IMG/VR virus record: IMGVR_UViG_3300035670_000034 | Span: 72,199-136,198 of that record | Length of the DNA: 64,000 bases | Reading direction: 5' to 3' (one strand) | Source: a virus | In this document: positions 1-11,600 of the stretch, in pieces | How positions within the stretch are numbered: position 1 is the first letter of the stretch | Layout of the letters: every line of letters begins with the position of its first letter | Notes under the pieces: generated by a model | What the model was told of the DNA's origin: nothing | Database searches by the model: none | Seen by the model: only the letters and a program-made list of their open reading frames with translations | Position numbers and translations under genes: made by a program

Positions 1-360
1 TCGGAGCATGGGGCCACATACTCTACGAACATAGACTTGAGTGTGGTCACACAGAGAGGAGGCCCAGGGCGGCTTCTTCTGAAACCCTTGCTTGCGCTTG
101 GTGCTTTCGCTCACAAGCAAAAGAAATAGAAATAAGAGCGCTTGGCACACCCGCAAAGTCGGTAGATTTTGACGCTGCAGACAATGAAATAGATATTGCA
201 CGAATAAAAGCACAACTTGCGCACGTCCTTAGCGTGGCGCTTGAGCAGGTCGAAATATCCGTGGTTGACAAACTTGGCGAGCAAAAAATATCTGGCGCCG
301 TTGTGTTCCTGTCGGAGGGGAATGTACGTAAACTAATCGGCTAATGGGAAAGGGGACAAA

Positions 361-969
361 ATGAGCAAGCGCAAAGAGTTCACCGAAGAGCAAAAGCAGG
401 AGATAATCCGATATCGGAGGGAAGGAAAATCATGCGAACTTATCGCCTTCTTTTTGCATTGCGGAAAAGAACGGGTTCGTAGATTCTGCAAGGAAAACGA
501 CATTCCAGTCGGCCAACCATCACGACAAAATAGTCATTATCCATCAAAATCCGTAGCAGAAGCGCAGATAATCTACACGCCATATCCGGATTTCTCGCTT
601 GCCGCATGTCGAGGAGAAAGTATTCAAACGTTTTTTCCATCTGCGCGAATGGCAAATGGGAATAAATCGGAAAAATTAAATTACTCGAGAGTTGTTATTA
701 GGGCAAAAAAATTTTGTTCAGATTGTCCAGTGCAAGAAAAATGTCTTGATTATGCACTGCTTGCAGAGCCACATGGGATATGGGGTGGGACAACCGAAGA
801 GGAGCGCGAATACCTTCGTTTAAAACTAAACATTAAATGCGAACGTGATTCTGGCCTTTCTACACGAATGGTTCGTCGCCATCTGGGCACGCATACATTC
901 AAAATGAACAATTTGACCAAGTATGACTTGAATCCGATTGTTTCTTCGAGGCTTTCAACACGTGTCTAG
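361..969 (+). CDS. whiB: WhiB-family Fe-S transcription factor with N-terminal HTH
   Basis: AACRG...FFP...AKKFCSDCPVQEKCLDYAL...HGIWGGTTEEER (four Cys plus the G(I/V)WGG motif); N-terminal GKSCELIAFFLHCGKERVRR resembles an HTH. Confidence 0.9.
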   Translation: MSKRKEFTEEQKQEIIRYRREGKSCELIAFFLHCGKERVRRFCKENDIPVGQPSRQNSHYPSKSVAEAQIIYTPYPDFSLAACRGESIQTFFPSARMANGNKSEKLNYSRVVIRAKKFCSDCPVQEKCLDYALLAEPHGIWGGTTEEEREYLRLKLNIKCERDSGLSTRMVRRHLGTHTFKMNNLTKYDLNPIVSSRLSTRV

Positions 970-2680
970 CATTTCGCCACAACTACAGAATGTTCTTGAC
1001 CGCCTACAGGGCGTCGTGCGCATTTCTGGAGGGTTTCAGGCGAAGTGCCCATGTCGCAACGATGACGACAATCCATCGTTTTCAGTATCCGAAGGTGAGG
1101 GTGGTAAGGTCGTTGTTTACTGTCATGCAGGGCGATGCAACACCCAGCAGGCGTGCGAGGCGATGGGCATAAAAATGGCAGACCTTTATCCGCAGAAAGC
1201 AAAAAAAGAACTTGACTTTGTTGCCAAGTATCAATACCTTGACGCTGACGGAACTCTACTTTTTGAAAAGTTGCGCTACATAGATAGGTCGTCTGGGAAA
1301 AAGGAATTTCGTCAGCGCAAGCCAGATGGCAATGGTGGCTGGGAGTACAAACTTGGCGAAACTCCTCGGGTGCTTTACAACCTGCCAGCAGTTCTTAAAG
1401 CAAAACAGAATGGCGAACCAGTTTGGCTGGTCGAGGGGGAAAAAGATGCAGACACTCTCATCAAAATGGGTATATGTGCGACGACTATGCCCAATGGGGC
1501 TGGAACATGGTTGCCCATCCACACCGAAGCCCTCTCTGGTGCAGTTGTGGAAATTATCGCCGACAAAGACGAAGCAGGGCTCGAACACGCAAAGTCGGTT
1601 TATCAGGAGTTAATAGATTCCGGTTGCGACGTTCAGGTGTGGACGTGCACACATGGCAAGGACATGACCGAGCATGTTGGTGCTGGGGGTCAGATTGACG
1701 AATTGGAAACTGTAAATCTCGATGCGATTGTCATTCCTAAGCCAACCGAAAATAAGTTGCAATCGGACACGCACGAGGGTCGGGCGATGAATGAAATAAC
1801 CGACATGTTTTTGCGCGACGACATGTCGGAAAGTCAAAAATTACAGCGCGCACAACTTATTATTTCTCGCACGACTAGCACAAAAATAGTCGACACCGGA
1901 AGGCTTGTAACTTGGTCAGATTTCGTTGGTGAATCAGACGACGATTCATACGATTGGGTAATTCCTGGTTTATTGGAGCGCAACGAGAGGGTCATTATTG
2001 TTGCCGCAGAGGGTGTTGGCAAGACCATGCTTGCTCGCCAAGTGGCAATATGTGTTGGAATGGGAATACACCCATTTACATATCAACCAATAAAACCTCA
2101 AGTAACACTTTCTGTTGACCTTGAAAACCCGGAAAGAATCATTAGGCGCACATCACGCTCGATATATGGGGCAGCAAAATCAGTGTCTCGTAATCCAAGC
2201 CCGCAAGCACATTTGCTAATAAAGCCCCAGGGTCTTGACCTTTTGCGAGCAGAAGACAGGGCAGTGTTGGAAGAAATGCTGGAAAAGACCAGGCCATCAA
2301 TTCTGGTGATGGGTCCCCTGTACAAGGCATTTATAGACCCAGGCGGGAGAACCAGTGAGGCTGTAGCAATTGAAGTTGCCAGATACCTTGACACCATTAG
2401 GGATGTTTTCCAGTGCGCAATGTGGCTCGAACATCACGCACCGCTTGGAACATCGATGACAACCAGGGAACTTCGCCCATTTGGTTCTGCGGTTTGGTCT
2501 AGGTGGCCAGAATTTGGCGTATCACTTCAGCCCGACTCAACTGGAATGCCATTCCATTACGATGTGCGACACTTCAGGGGTGCTCGCGATGAGCGCCAAT
2601 GGCCAACTAGAATTAAGAGAGGCAAACGTTTCCCATTTGAGGTGGTCGAATGGCCATCCTCCATTAAGGCACCAACATGA
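938..2680 (+). CDS. DNA primase-helicase (Zn-binding + TOPRIM + RecA-like AAA_25 helicase)
   Basis: AKCPCRNDDDNPSFSV Zn motif; VWLVEGEKDAD TOPRIM; AAEGVGKT Walker A; LEHHAP and RPFGSAVW motifs; true start may be the GTG near 962. Confidence 0.88.
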   Translation: MFLRGFQHVSSISPQLQNVLDRLQGVVRISGGFQAKCPCRNDDDNPSFSVSEGEGGKVVVYCHAGRCNTQQACEAMGIKMADLYPQKAKKELDFVAKYQYLDADGTLLFEKLRYIDRSSGKKEFRQRKPDGNGGWEYKLGETPRVLYNLPAVLKAKQNGEPVWLVEGEKDADTLIKMGICATTMPNGAGTWLPIHTEALSGAVVEIIADKDEAGLEHAKSVYQELIDSGCDVQVWTCTHGKDMTEHVGAGGQIDELETVNLDAIVIPKPTENKLQSDTHEGRAMNEITDMFLRDDMSESQKLQRAQLIISRTTSTKIVDTGRLVTWSDFVGESDDDSYDWVIPGLLERNERVIIVAAEGVGKTMLARQVAICVGMGIHPFTYQPIKPQVTLSVDLENPERIIRRTSRSIYGAAKSVSRNPSPQAHLLIKPQGLDLLRAEDRAVLEEMLEKTRPSILVMGPLYKAFIDPGGRTSEAVAIEVARYLDTIRDVFQCAMWLEHHAPLGTSMTTRELRPFGSAVWSRWPEFGVSLQPDSTGMPFHYDVRHFRGARDERQWPTRIKRGKRFPFEVVEWPSSIKAPT

Positions 2681-3348
2681 GCAATACCCCAATGACAAAA
2701 GAGTTTCTCGCAGAAAGAGACACAAGAATTTTCAAGATGAAACAGGCTGGTGTCTCAATTTCAGAGATAGCCAAGCGATTTAATGTCTCCACAAAAGTTG
2801 TTTCAATGGCCATTTCGCGCCAATTGGAAAAATTAAATAAAGAAAACGTCCTTGTTTACCCAGAAGTCCTTCGAATGGAACTGGAGAGGCTTGACGCAAT
2901 GCAGGCAGCCCTATGGCCAATGACTCAGCACAGGAAGATAACACTGGATGACGGAACAGAAGTTGCCGTTGAGCCAGACATGAAAGCCGTAGACAAGGTT
3001 TTGGCGATAATAAACACAAGAACAAGGCTGCTGGGCATGGAGCAGACCAAGGTAAGCATTCATACGGACGCAGTCCCAGATGGTGGCGGCGCTCCAATTA
3101 GGGCCTCTCTTGCCGGTCAGTCTGGAAATATTGGGGAAATAGATTCCTTTGACCCGGAGTCTGAGGCCAAAAAATTGCTCGAACTTATGGCTATTTCCGG
3201 TGTTCTTCCAGAGGAAACTGTCACCAAAATGCTTGGACAAGCGCCTATTATCGATGCCGAGGTGATTGAAAATGACGAATCAGGAGCAGGACAATCAGGA
3301 ACAGGACAACTTGCAAGCGGCAGTGAGCAAGGTGGCGGAAACCCTTAA
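2677..3348 (+). CDS. HTH DNA-binding protein, terminase-small-subunit-like
   Basis: AGVSISEIAKRFNVSTKVV HTH followed by ELERLDAMQAALWP...DMKAVDKVLAII..RTRLLG, a pattern I associate with actinophage small terminase-like proteins. Confidence 0.5.
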   Translation: MSNTPMTKEFLAERDTRIFKMKQAGVSISEIAKRFNVSTKVVSMAISRQLEKLNKENVLVYPEVLRMELERLDAMQAALWPMTQHRKITLDDGTEVAVEPDMKAVDKVLAIINTRTRLLGMEQTKVSIHTDAVPDGGGAPIRASLAGQSGNIGEIDSFDPESEAKKLLELMAISGVLPEETVTKMLGQAPIIDAEVIENDESGAGQSGTGQLASGSEQGGGNP

Positions 3349-3604
3349 TCCAACGGTTTCAACAATCAGCAAAGACGACAGCGGCCCTGCGGATAAACAG
3401 GTTTTAATTCGAACAACCGAGTCAGAAAAAGAAAAGTGGAAGAACGCAGCGGCAAAAGAAGGGATTCCGCTTTCCCAATTTGTTAGAGACACGCTTAACC
3501 AAAGGGCAACCGAACTTCTTGATTGTTCTCACCCAATTGAGCATCGACGATGGTATCCATGGGCTGAGTTTTGTCTTAAATGCGACACTAGATTGAGGGG
3601 ATGA
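3266..3604 (+). CDS. ribbon-helix-helix protein with C-terminal Cys/His cluster
   Basis: VLIRTTESEKEKWKNAAAKEGIPLSQFVRDTLN; CSHP...FCLKC. Confidence 0.6.
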   Translation: MKMTNQEQDNQEQDNLQAAVSKVAETLNPTVSTISKDDSGPADKQVLIRTTESEKEKWKNAAAKEGIPLSQFVRDTLNQRATELLDCSHPIEHRRWYPWAEFCLKCDTRLRG

Positions 3605-4098
3605 AAATAGTTGAACTTGAACCATTCGAATATGAATGGGCTTCGCATGTTGGTACGCGTCGATACATAGAAAACTGGCCCAAAAAGGATGCTCCGTACT
3701 ACAAAAAAGAACTTATGGAAGACGATAGAACGGCTCAAGTCGCGGCAGCCGTATGCGAGTTGGCTGTTGCAAAAATAACAAATCGCTATTGGTCTGGCCA
3801 TGTATGGACTGCCAGTGAACACAACTACTACAAAAACAAGACTCAAGATGTTGGCAGAAATATAGAGGTTCGCCGTGTTCGCACCGGGGATTCTGCCGCT
3901 GTCAGAAAACGTGACATGGGCAAAGGGCTTGTTCTTTTTGTGGCGAAAGCAATAATGCCAGAATTACGACAAGTTGAGGTCTGGGGGTACATCGACTATG
4001 ACTACGCATGGGAAATTGGCGAGCCAGCGCCATATTCTCCGGAAGATACGAGACTCGTGCACCGCAGTCACCTCACTGTGCACTATGGTCATAACTGA
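3601..4098 (+). CDS. hypothetical protein
   Basis: ORF with ATGA overlap onto the previous gene; same operon strand. Confidence 0.6.
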   Translation: MKIVELEPFEYEWASHVGTRRYIENWPKKDAPYYKKELMEDDRTAQVAAAVCELAVAKITNRYWSGHVWTASEHNYYKNKTQDVGRNIEVRRVRTGDSAAVRKRDMGKGLVLFVAKAIMPELRQVEVWGYIDYDYAWEIGEPAPYSPEDTRLVHRSHLTVHYGHN

Positions 4099-4132
4099 TG
4101 TTGGATAAATCTAACCAGAAAGAGAGAACTTT

Positions 4133-4378
4133 ATGAATTTTATAGATAGCCATGAAGTATCGCTTGACGTTCTTGGTGACGGTAAAGATATTTGGACTTG
4201 CAAGTGGTCCGGTAGTGATAAGGTTCAGGTCTTCAGAGGTGACTTCATCAATAATCGCATCCTGTTCAATCACATGCTTACGCTTGATTGCGCTGCGACG
4301 ATGACGGTGGCAGAGTTCTGCGAGTGGGCTGAACAGTTGCTTTTGGGTCTAGTCAAACAGGAGTACAAAGAGATATGA
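4133..4378 (+). CDS. hypothetical protein
   Basis: GAGAG SD-like sequence upstream; overlaps next gene start. Confidence 0.55.
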   Translation: MNFIDSHEVSLDVLGDGKDIWTCKWSGSDKVQVFRGDFINNRILFNHMLTLDCAATMTVAEFCEWAEQLLLGLVKQEYKEI

Positions 4379-4818
4379 GATATGTCGAAAAAAGGGCGCC
4401 GCAGCACAATCATTTGCTAATCAATGCAAAAACTCCGTTTCCGCTTACGAACAAGCGGAGAATGAAAAAGTGGCTAAAAGGGCTCGTTCACGATATTGGG
4501 ATGTACAGAATCGCTGGACCCTTTGTTCACTACGTTGACAAGCCTGGCAATAAGGGTTTGACGGCTGTTGTAATGATTGAGACAAGCCACATCGCCCTGC
4601 ACATCTGGGATGAGCCGGTACCAGCACATATACAATTCGATATATACACCTGCAGTGGGCTTGATGTTGAATTGACTCTTTTGAAAATTGTTAGTGATTT
4701 CCAAATCACACAAATTGACTGGGTCTTCTATGACCGGGAAAAAGGCTTTAAGGAAGTCTCCAAGGGAAATTCAGTTGGCGACATTATGAAGGGCCGCAAC
4801 AAGCCTCCAGTAATTTAG
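4375..4818 (+). CDS. speD: pyruvoyl-dependent S-adenosylmethionine decarboxylase family proenzyme
   Basis: GLTAVVMIETSHIALHIWDE...QFDIYTCS; self-cleavage Ser in (E/T)SH and conserved DxYTC. Confidence 0.85.
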   Translation: MRYVEKRAPQHNHLLINAKTPFPLTNKRRMKKWLKGLVHDIGMYRIAGPFVHYVDKPGNKGLTAVVMIETSHIALHIWDEPVPAHIQFDIYTCSGLDVELTLLKIVSDFQITQIDWVFYDREKGFKEVSKGNSVGDIMKGRNKPPVI

Positions 4819-6785
4819 TCGCTAACTTTATTCAAAAGCGACAAAACCAACTGCGTTCCAAGGTCAGATTCTTCGTCAAGAGAAGCGCCGTCAACTGCAG
4901 TGTTCACAACGCTTCGCTTGGAGGCAATGAGTGAGTAAATCTCCTCATCTATCGTTCCAGCACAAAGCGCATAGGTGGCGGTAACTGAACCCTTTTGGCC
5001 CATTCGGTGAAGTCGCGAGTATGTTTGGTCAAGGTCGGCTGGTGTCCACGGCAATTCAACAAAGATGATGTCTTGGGCTGCCGTAAGGGTGTGTCCAGTC
5101 TTTGCAGCCTGAATTGAAATGGTTATCACTTGCGCTTTGGGGTCGCCCTGAAACTTTCGTTTGACGTCTTCGACTTCCTCAACACTCATTCCGCCTTGTA
5201 TTTTCAAACCACCAAAACGATTAGCAAGTTCATCAACGATGTCTCTGTGATGAGCGGCAATAACGACTTTGGCGCCACCTTCAGTTCGTTGCTGAACCCA
5301 CTCAATGACGCTCTCCATCTTTGCTTTGGCGGCCAAGCGCCGCAAAACCGACAGCCTGACCAAGTTCTGTGCGTGCTCTGCTTTTATCCTGGCTATTACT
5401 GCTGCAGACTTGGGATTTGTGCCTAGTTCTTTTGCTATTTCTTTTGCTCGCTCTACGAGATACAAAACAATGTCTTTTTCTGCCTTTGCATACTCCGCCA
5501 TCGCTGCGGTTGTTCCAACCAGGGTCATTTCCTGATGAAACACTGGAGGCAATTCAGTCAAAACCTGGTCTTTTGTGCGGCGTATGTAGCAAACGGAACG
5601 AAGTTTGTCGTTTAATTCCTCCAAATTGGACGAACCCTCAAGATGCCACTGCCCCCATTTGTCTTGAAACGCAGCGCAATAACGGCGGTAAAAACCCCAT
5701 ACCCCACCAAAATCCTTAATCTTGCCAAGTATGTCGAGTTGCGCCACATACTCTGCTGGTCGGTTGGTGACTGGTGTTCCAGTTAGGCAAAGAACAGGAG
5801 TTCCAGATGGAGAAGAGCCGACAATCTTTCTGGCTGACTTGGTGCGCTTGGCGGTCAAGGTCTTGCAGTAATGGCTCTCATCCAAAACATACGCATGATG
5901 TCCGATGAGGTGTGACTCCCAATATGAAATATTCGAATACCCAATCACCAAAACGTCGTAGTCGCCCTTTTGCGGAAATTCTTTTTGCCCTTTTCCGGCA
6001 AGCACCGTAGCCACTCGCCTAGCGGGTAGCCATTTGCCGTATTCGGCCTTCCAGTTAAGGACCAAGTTGGGTGGACACATTACTACCGCCGGGTAACAAC
6101 CAGCACCATCTGCATACAACGCCTCTAACGTGGCTATTGCTTGTAGGGTTTTACCAAGACCCATCTCGTCTGCAATGAAACAGCGCTTGGCGCGCTTGGC
6201 GTATGCAACTCCTGCCTTTTGGTACGGGAGCATGTTGTTTTCAAGGTTGGTATCGCCAATCTTTATTTCTGCTTCTGTGGCCCTGGATGCCTCATTGAGT
6301 TCCAGTAGTTGCGCATTGATTTGAGCAGCCATCATCGTGACATCGGCAGATACCGACTTGTTAAAGCGCTGCGCCCACTGGATGCTTTCGTTTATTGCGG
6401 TTAGCGGCGCACGCCACGCTCCGGTAGATTTATCCCAAGTGACAGAAGGTATCTGTTTAACCGACCTCACCATAACGGGGTCATACGGAAAGGATATGTA
6501 GATGTCACCGTCTTTCTCATAGACCCCAACATCTTGGGCACTTCGCCTGGTCGGAAGTGTAAATACAAGCACCTCATTGTCTATGTCAAAGCCATGCTTG
6601 GTCGCAAATGAGCGCGCCTGGGACACCTGGGCAACTGGACAGCGCCACAAGCGAGCAACTTTGTCCCACTTGCAATCCGGTATCCGCTTTACCTCGGCTA
6701 CCTGTTCTTGGTTGTATGGGAAATCCAAAGCAAGGGTGTCATTGTCCAAAAATAGCCGTGCCATCGGACTCAATTTTATCTCCAA
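4815..6785 (-). CDS. SNF2-family helicase with two N-terminal HARP-like domains
   Basis: LPYQKAG, ADEMGLGKTLQA, LDESH, LTGTPVTNRP, QTYSRLHRMGQ; duplicated FPY...VK.IP...WDK....WR.P N-terminal units. Confidence 0.9.
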   Translation of the reverse strand: MEIKLSPMARLFLDNDTLALDFPYNQEQVAEVKRIPDCKWDKVARLWRCPVAQVSQARSFATKHGFDIDNEVLVFTLPTRRSAQDVGVYEKDGDIYISFPYDPVMVRSVKQIPSVTWDKSTGAWRAPLTAINESIQWAQRFNKSVSADVTMMAAQINAQLLELNEASRATEAEIKIGDTNLENNMLPYQKAGVAYAKRAKRCFIADEMGLGKTLQAIATLEALYADGAGCYPAVVMCPPNLVLNWKAEYGKWLPARRVATVLAGKGQKEFPQKGDYDVLVIGYSNISYWESHLIGHHAYVLDESHYCKTLTAKRTKSARKIVGSSPSGTPVLCLTGTPVTNRPAEYVAQLDILGKIKDFGGVWGFYRRYCAAFQDKWGQWHLEGSSNLEELNDKLRSVCYIRRTKDQVLTELPPVFHQEMTLVGTTAAMAEYAKAEKDIVLYLVERAKEIAKELGTNPKSAAVIARIKAEHAQNLVRLSVLRRLAAKAKMESVIEWVQQRTEGGAKVVIAAHHRDIVDELANRFGGLKIQGGMSVEEVEDVKRKFQGDPKAQVITISIQAAKTGHTLTAAQDIIFVELPWTPADLDQTYSRLHRMGQKGSVTATYALCAGTIDEEIYSLIASKRSVVNTAVDGASLDEESDLGTQLVLSLLNKVSD

Positions 6786-6803
6786 TCCATGTAGTGTGTC
6801 GGG

Positions 6804-7259
6804 GTGGGAAAAAACTCGGCGTACGACATTCCTTCTTTACGTTCTACTTTTCTCAAAGACCTGGAATACGGAGAGCAGGGAGAAGCACTCGTATCATCGT
6901 TCCTAGAATGCATTTCTGAAGGCGATTTTGAGGTAAAAAGCGACAGATACAGGAATGGGCGAATGGCAGTAGAAACTGACCAAAACCCGAGGGCAGCCCT
7001 AGATGAACAAGGCAATCCTATCTGGGTAAAAAGCGGGATAAATCTAACCAAAGCGAAGTGGTGGGTATATATTTTTTCCCCTGATGGTGCTTTTATCGTC
7101 GTTTCAGTTGACAGGCTCAAAAAATACTTGCGAGCCAATAAACGCATATTCAATGAATCAACAAAAATCAATTTTGGTAAGCCAGACAATCCAGCAAAAG
7201 GATTCCTTTTGTATCCACAGCATGTTCAGGACCTGATGACCAATCCTGCGTTTGGATAA
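6804..7259 (+). CDS. hypothetical protein, possible PD-(D/E)xK nuclease fold
   Basis: GEQGE...DFEVKSDR resembles the D...ExK nuclease core. Confidence 0.45.
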   Translation: MGKNSAYDIPSLRSTFLKDLEYGEQGEALVSSFLECISEGDFEVKSDRYRNGRMAVETDQNPRAALDEQGNPIWVKSGINLTKAKWWVYIFSPDGAFIVVSVDRLKKYLRANKRIFNESTKINFGKPDNPAKGFLLYPQHVQDLMTNPAFG

Positions 7260-7482
7260 ATCTAACCAGAGTTTGGGAGTTCACAAATTGTGGTGTAGGT
7301 GCCCCCGCGCACACCGAGAGCGTCGAAAAAGTCCCGCACACTTTTGGTCTATGGGGTTGGCAAACGCCTGTTCGCTTACGGCAACGACGAACACTCGTTC
7401 GCACCCTCCAAATAGCGTCCCGATGAGCGCAAGAGCAACGCTGAACAACACCACGCCCAACCATAGCACAGGTCAAATACAC

Positions 7483-8597
7483 GTCCCGTTTGCCGAAGTG
7501 GTGCGCCACAAACCTGAGTGTGTCGCAGAAATAGTCGCACTCAACGCCATACACGCCCCGTTTGCCATATCAGTCGTGTATCGCAGTCGCAACACGCCGT
7601 TTCACTACGCCCCGTTAGGCGCATAGCATTGTGTGTTGTTACGCATACGCATACGAAGTTGCCCATCACCTAGCCCCGTAGCGCATAGCGTTTCGCATAG
7701 CGCAGCGCAGTCGCATACGCATACGCCCCGTATTCATTAGTCTTTTCGTGTGTGTCGCATACGCATTTCGTATCGCTTGTCGCATCTAGCCCCGTGAGCC
7801 ATAGCCATAGCAACACGCAGGCACACATACACGTCCCGTATGCGCCGTGCGCTGGTGTGTGTGAGCATACGCATAGCCAACCCATAGCCACTATGCCCCG
7901 TATGTCGCATACGCATTCAGATACACACGCCCCGTTGAGTTTTTCGCAGGCTTCACGGGTGACCTACGGGCATACCCTACCTATGACAACACCACACACC
8001 ACCACGCATCTAGTCCCGTAGGTAGTGATAGGTATTTGTAATCAGTAGTCACGCACCATAGCAAGCCCATACCCCTACCCCTATGTGTGTCGCATCTAGC
8101 CCCGTAAGCACTACACCATAGGGATACCCCCACACCACGCCTACCGTGTGTGGCTTCATCTAGCCCCGTGACGCATACAACCTTTCGTAAAGGACTTGAT
8201 ACTTAGCCGCCCCGTGTTTTCGCAAGGCTCACGGGTGGCTTACGGGTGCTTACACCTACCTACACCACTGCCTACACCACACACGCATCTAGCCCCGTAG
8301 GCACTTGACTACACGCCACCTGCCCATAACCACATTTGGTCGTTGCTGAACATAGGCCCCGTAGTCGCCTATCGCAGTCAAGCGATACGACATCTCGCTT
8401 ATGAGAGTGCTTCACTATGCCCCGTATGGCGTGTGAGAGACTGAACACGGCGCAAGAGCCGTGTGTCTACTTGCGCCCCGCACAACATAGTCGCAGAACA
8501 GCACTTGTAGACAAACGATAATCAGCCCCGTACAAAACACGGATTTTGAGGGTTTTTTCAGCGTTTTTAGTGCTGTACTCAGCGCACTCAGCCCCGT
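7483..8597 (+). repeat. non-coding array of G(C/T)CCCGT heptamers in a CA-rich matrix
   Basis: copies at 7483,7555,7609,7673,7725,7789,7833,7895,7929,8013,8099,8163,8209,8292,8356,8419,8525,8591 (plus GCCCCGC at 8475), all on + strand; imperfect ~90-bp direct repeat at ~7941-8030 and ~8217-8308. Confidence 0.85.
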
Positions 8598-8637
8598 GCC
8601 ATAATAAAAGAACCCGATTACACCAAAAAGGACTTGT

Positions 8638-11600
8638 GTGACGCAACTTGGCCCCGAAAACAAAGACATTTACGAAGTTGATGTAAAAGACGGCAACCGT
8701 CTAGGTCGTCGCTTGTCTCGGGGCTTGAGGTCACTATCCAGAAGTGTCGGAAACACGGCAAGGTCGGGACTCGTTGTGGAACCATTTGACCCAAACGCAT
8801 ACGACGGTGATGGTGACGGCATAATCCAAGACGGAACACAGTGGGAACGCCCCGCAGTGCTAAGAAGTCAGTCAATACCAAACGCAGACTTGCCCAAAAC
8901 ACCTGATGCCGGGACTGAAACAGAAACAGAAAAGACACAAAAAGAGACAAGAAAACTCGTTGACGCAGCAGAGCGAGCCGGGACTCGGATTTCGCCAGAA
9001 CGCTCACGGGTGACTACGGGTGGACTACGCAGTACGACAGTAACGCCGTTGCTTGACCCAGAGTGGCGAAGAACAGCAACGCCCCGAGAACTCGCTGAAA
9101 TAATCGTGCCAGACACGCTTGATGAAGCAGACGCACTAGCAGAACAGTTGGCAGTGCCCCGAAGTGCTTATGAAACCGAAGCAGACTACCAAAACGCACT
9201 AAAACTACTCAGAAGAACTCGGGACGCAGAAAGAGCCGCATCCAAGCGTCGTATGGAAGCACTTATCGCGATTTACGAAAAAAGACACCCCAAAACAACC
9301 AAAACAGGCTCGTTTGAGCGGGACCTAAGAGATGACCCTATTGAGTGGGACAAAAACCTCAAAAAAATCTTTGGCGACCAAAATGAGTGGGGCGAACAAC
9401 TCGGGGCAACAAACAAACGGAGCGTTGAGCGGGCTCAAATAGAGTTTTTGGTCGCTTACAGAACAGAACTGGAACGGGACCCAGTAACAAACAAAACACT
9501 ATTGGACATAATAAATGAAATAGAAAACGCCTATCGAAACGGAGTGAGGCTCACGCACGGGGCTTTTTGGAGAGACAGTACTCACATACCAATCAGTCCC
9601 GTTGAGTATGTGCTTGCTCGTTTGTTTATGGAACACTCAAACCACCCACAAGACCCGTTGTTCATAACCGGCATTCGGGACGTAGTAACGCCGTCGGGCG
9701 ACACCGACGCAGTTATCAGATGGGCGACTGAGTTCCTTGATGGATACCAAAGGTTCTACGAAGCACGAAAGGGGTCCCGTGCTCTTTCCAAGCAACAAAT
9801 AAAGAACAGAATAGAAGTAGCAATGAACTCTGGGTCAAGAGGAGGCTTTTTCGGGACCCTTTTTGGTAGGGCTATTCCAAACGAACAATACATACAAACA
9901 CACCAAATGGTGGAAAGCAACGACCCTCGGGACCTTGCGCTACTACGGGCACTGTTACAAAGAACGCTAGAACAAAACCCTGAGTTTTTGGAAGCAGTAA
10001 GGAAGTTTGGACACCCGCCTCTCTATGTCCCGCACCGCGCTTACCATTTCATTGCCCCGCCAAGAGAGTTCCAAGAAAAGTTTTTGCTTGTTCCAGAAAG
10101 CGAACTAACGCCATCTGAACTGCGGGACAAACTTATTTCAGGAAAAGAATACGAAAAAGGTTTGCTTGAAGCAATCCGCGCCCAAGAACTCGGAAAAGGA
10201 GATGTCACGTTCGGGGCAGGTGGACTACTTGGTGTACGGGCGGGACTTGGTGGACAGTATTCATTTCCTGATGGGCAAATAACACTTACCCCAATGCAAC
10301 TGAGAAACACAATACTCAACCGCCCCGAGGCTGATGAAAACATAATCAACATGACCGGGACACAAGGCGCATACACGCTTGTTGGAGAACCAGCAATTCT
10401 CATACACGAATTTGGCCATCACGTTGATTGGACTTTGCGCAACACCTTGTACGGGGCCTTGTGGGAGAGACGCAAGAGGGCTATTCGTGACTTTGCCAAC
10501 GACCCAAATAGAAATACAAGCCCCGACGTGTTCAAAGATTTTGTTCGTCAGCAGATAGTAGATTTTCGTGACGAACTAAAAGGCTTCACGGGCTTGGTAG
10601 ACCCCGATAACCCAAGCAAGTTGTCCGGGGCATCAGATAGACAAAACATTCATAGAAGTCGCTTGAAGTACTTAGGAGTGAACGTCCCCAGACAAGGCCC
10701 CGACGAAGTTCCTGTTGGTAGTCGTCTGTTTGACCCATCAACGCTAACCGACGAAGAACTAGATGACCAAATAAGGGAAATAGCGGGGCAACTAGATGAA
10801 ATTCACGGAATGGTCGACATGCTGACTGGTCGCCAGCAAATACGACGAATGAAAGAAAACGGCACGTGGCAACGTGGCATCCACCCATCAGAAGGAGACG
10901 TAGGCGATTACGCCATAAACAGCCCCGAACCTTATGTAACTACGCCATACGGAAATAGCAGTGCGATTGAGCGTTTTGCTGAAATAACAGCGTTTGTTTT
11001 GTCCCGCAACGGACAAAAACAGCCTGTTGCGGTGAATAACGCCGCCGTGCGTCTATGGGCTCGGATACTTGGCATAGATGTAGAACCACAAGATGTTGTT
11101 TCTCAGTCCCGTCGCAAAAGACTTCCTTCGGGTGGCTACTCAGACGAAATGGAAGACATAACAAACCGCATACTCTCAGACATAAAGATTGTTGCGCCAG
11201 ATGTTCAGAGGCAGCCAGACGGTCACCGCCCCGGTTTGCAATCATCAACGTCATCATCAGATTTTCGTTTTGACCCAGATGAACGAAGCATGTTGCAGTC
11301 CCGTAGCAACATAGGCTTGGACACAGACCAACGCCTGTACGCACAAGATGAGCCGATAGGCGTTATGGATTTCATGAATAGGCCCCGTGTCTACTCAATA
11401 GGCGACCATCATTTCTACGATAACGAAGTTCGCTATGGCTCGCAGATGAGTTTTGCGATGAGAAAGCGACTTGGAGAACAAGCGGGACGCAGATACATCA
11501 ACAGAAACAGACCCCATCACGGAGATATGGTGCGGGCGATTTCAGCAACGCAGTTTGGACTGTTTATTGACGACCTTCCAACTTACGACACAACTACATC

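Noticed and set aside
7168-8669. ORFs across the GCCCCGT array
   Set aside because: Low-complexity His/Thr/Cys-biased translations on both strands with no SD or domain signal; treated as non-coding.
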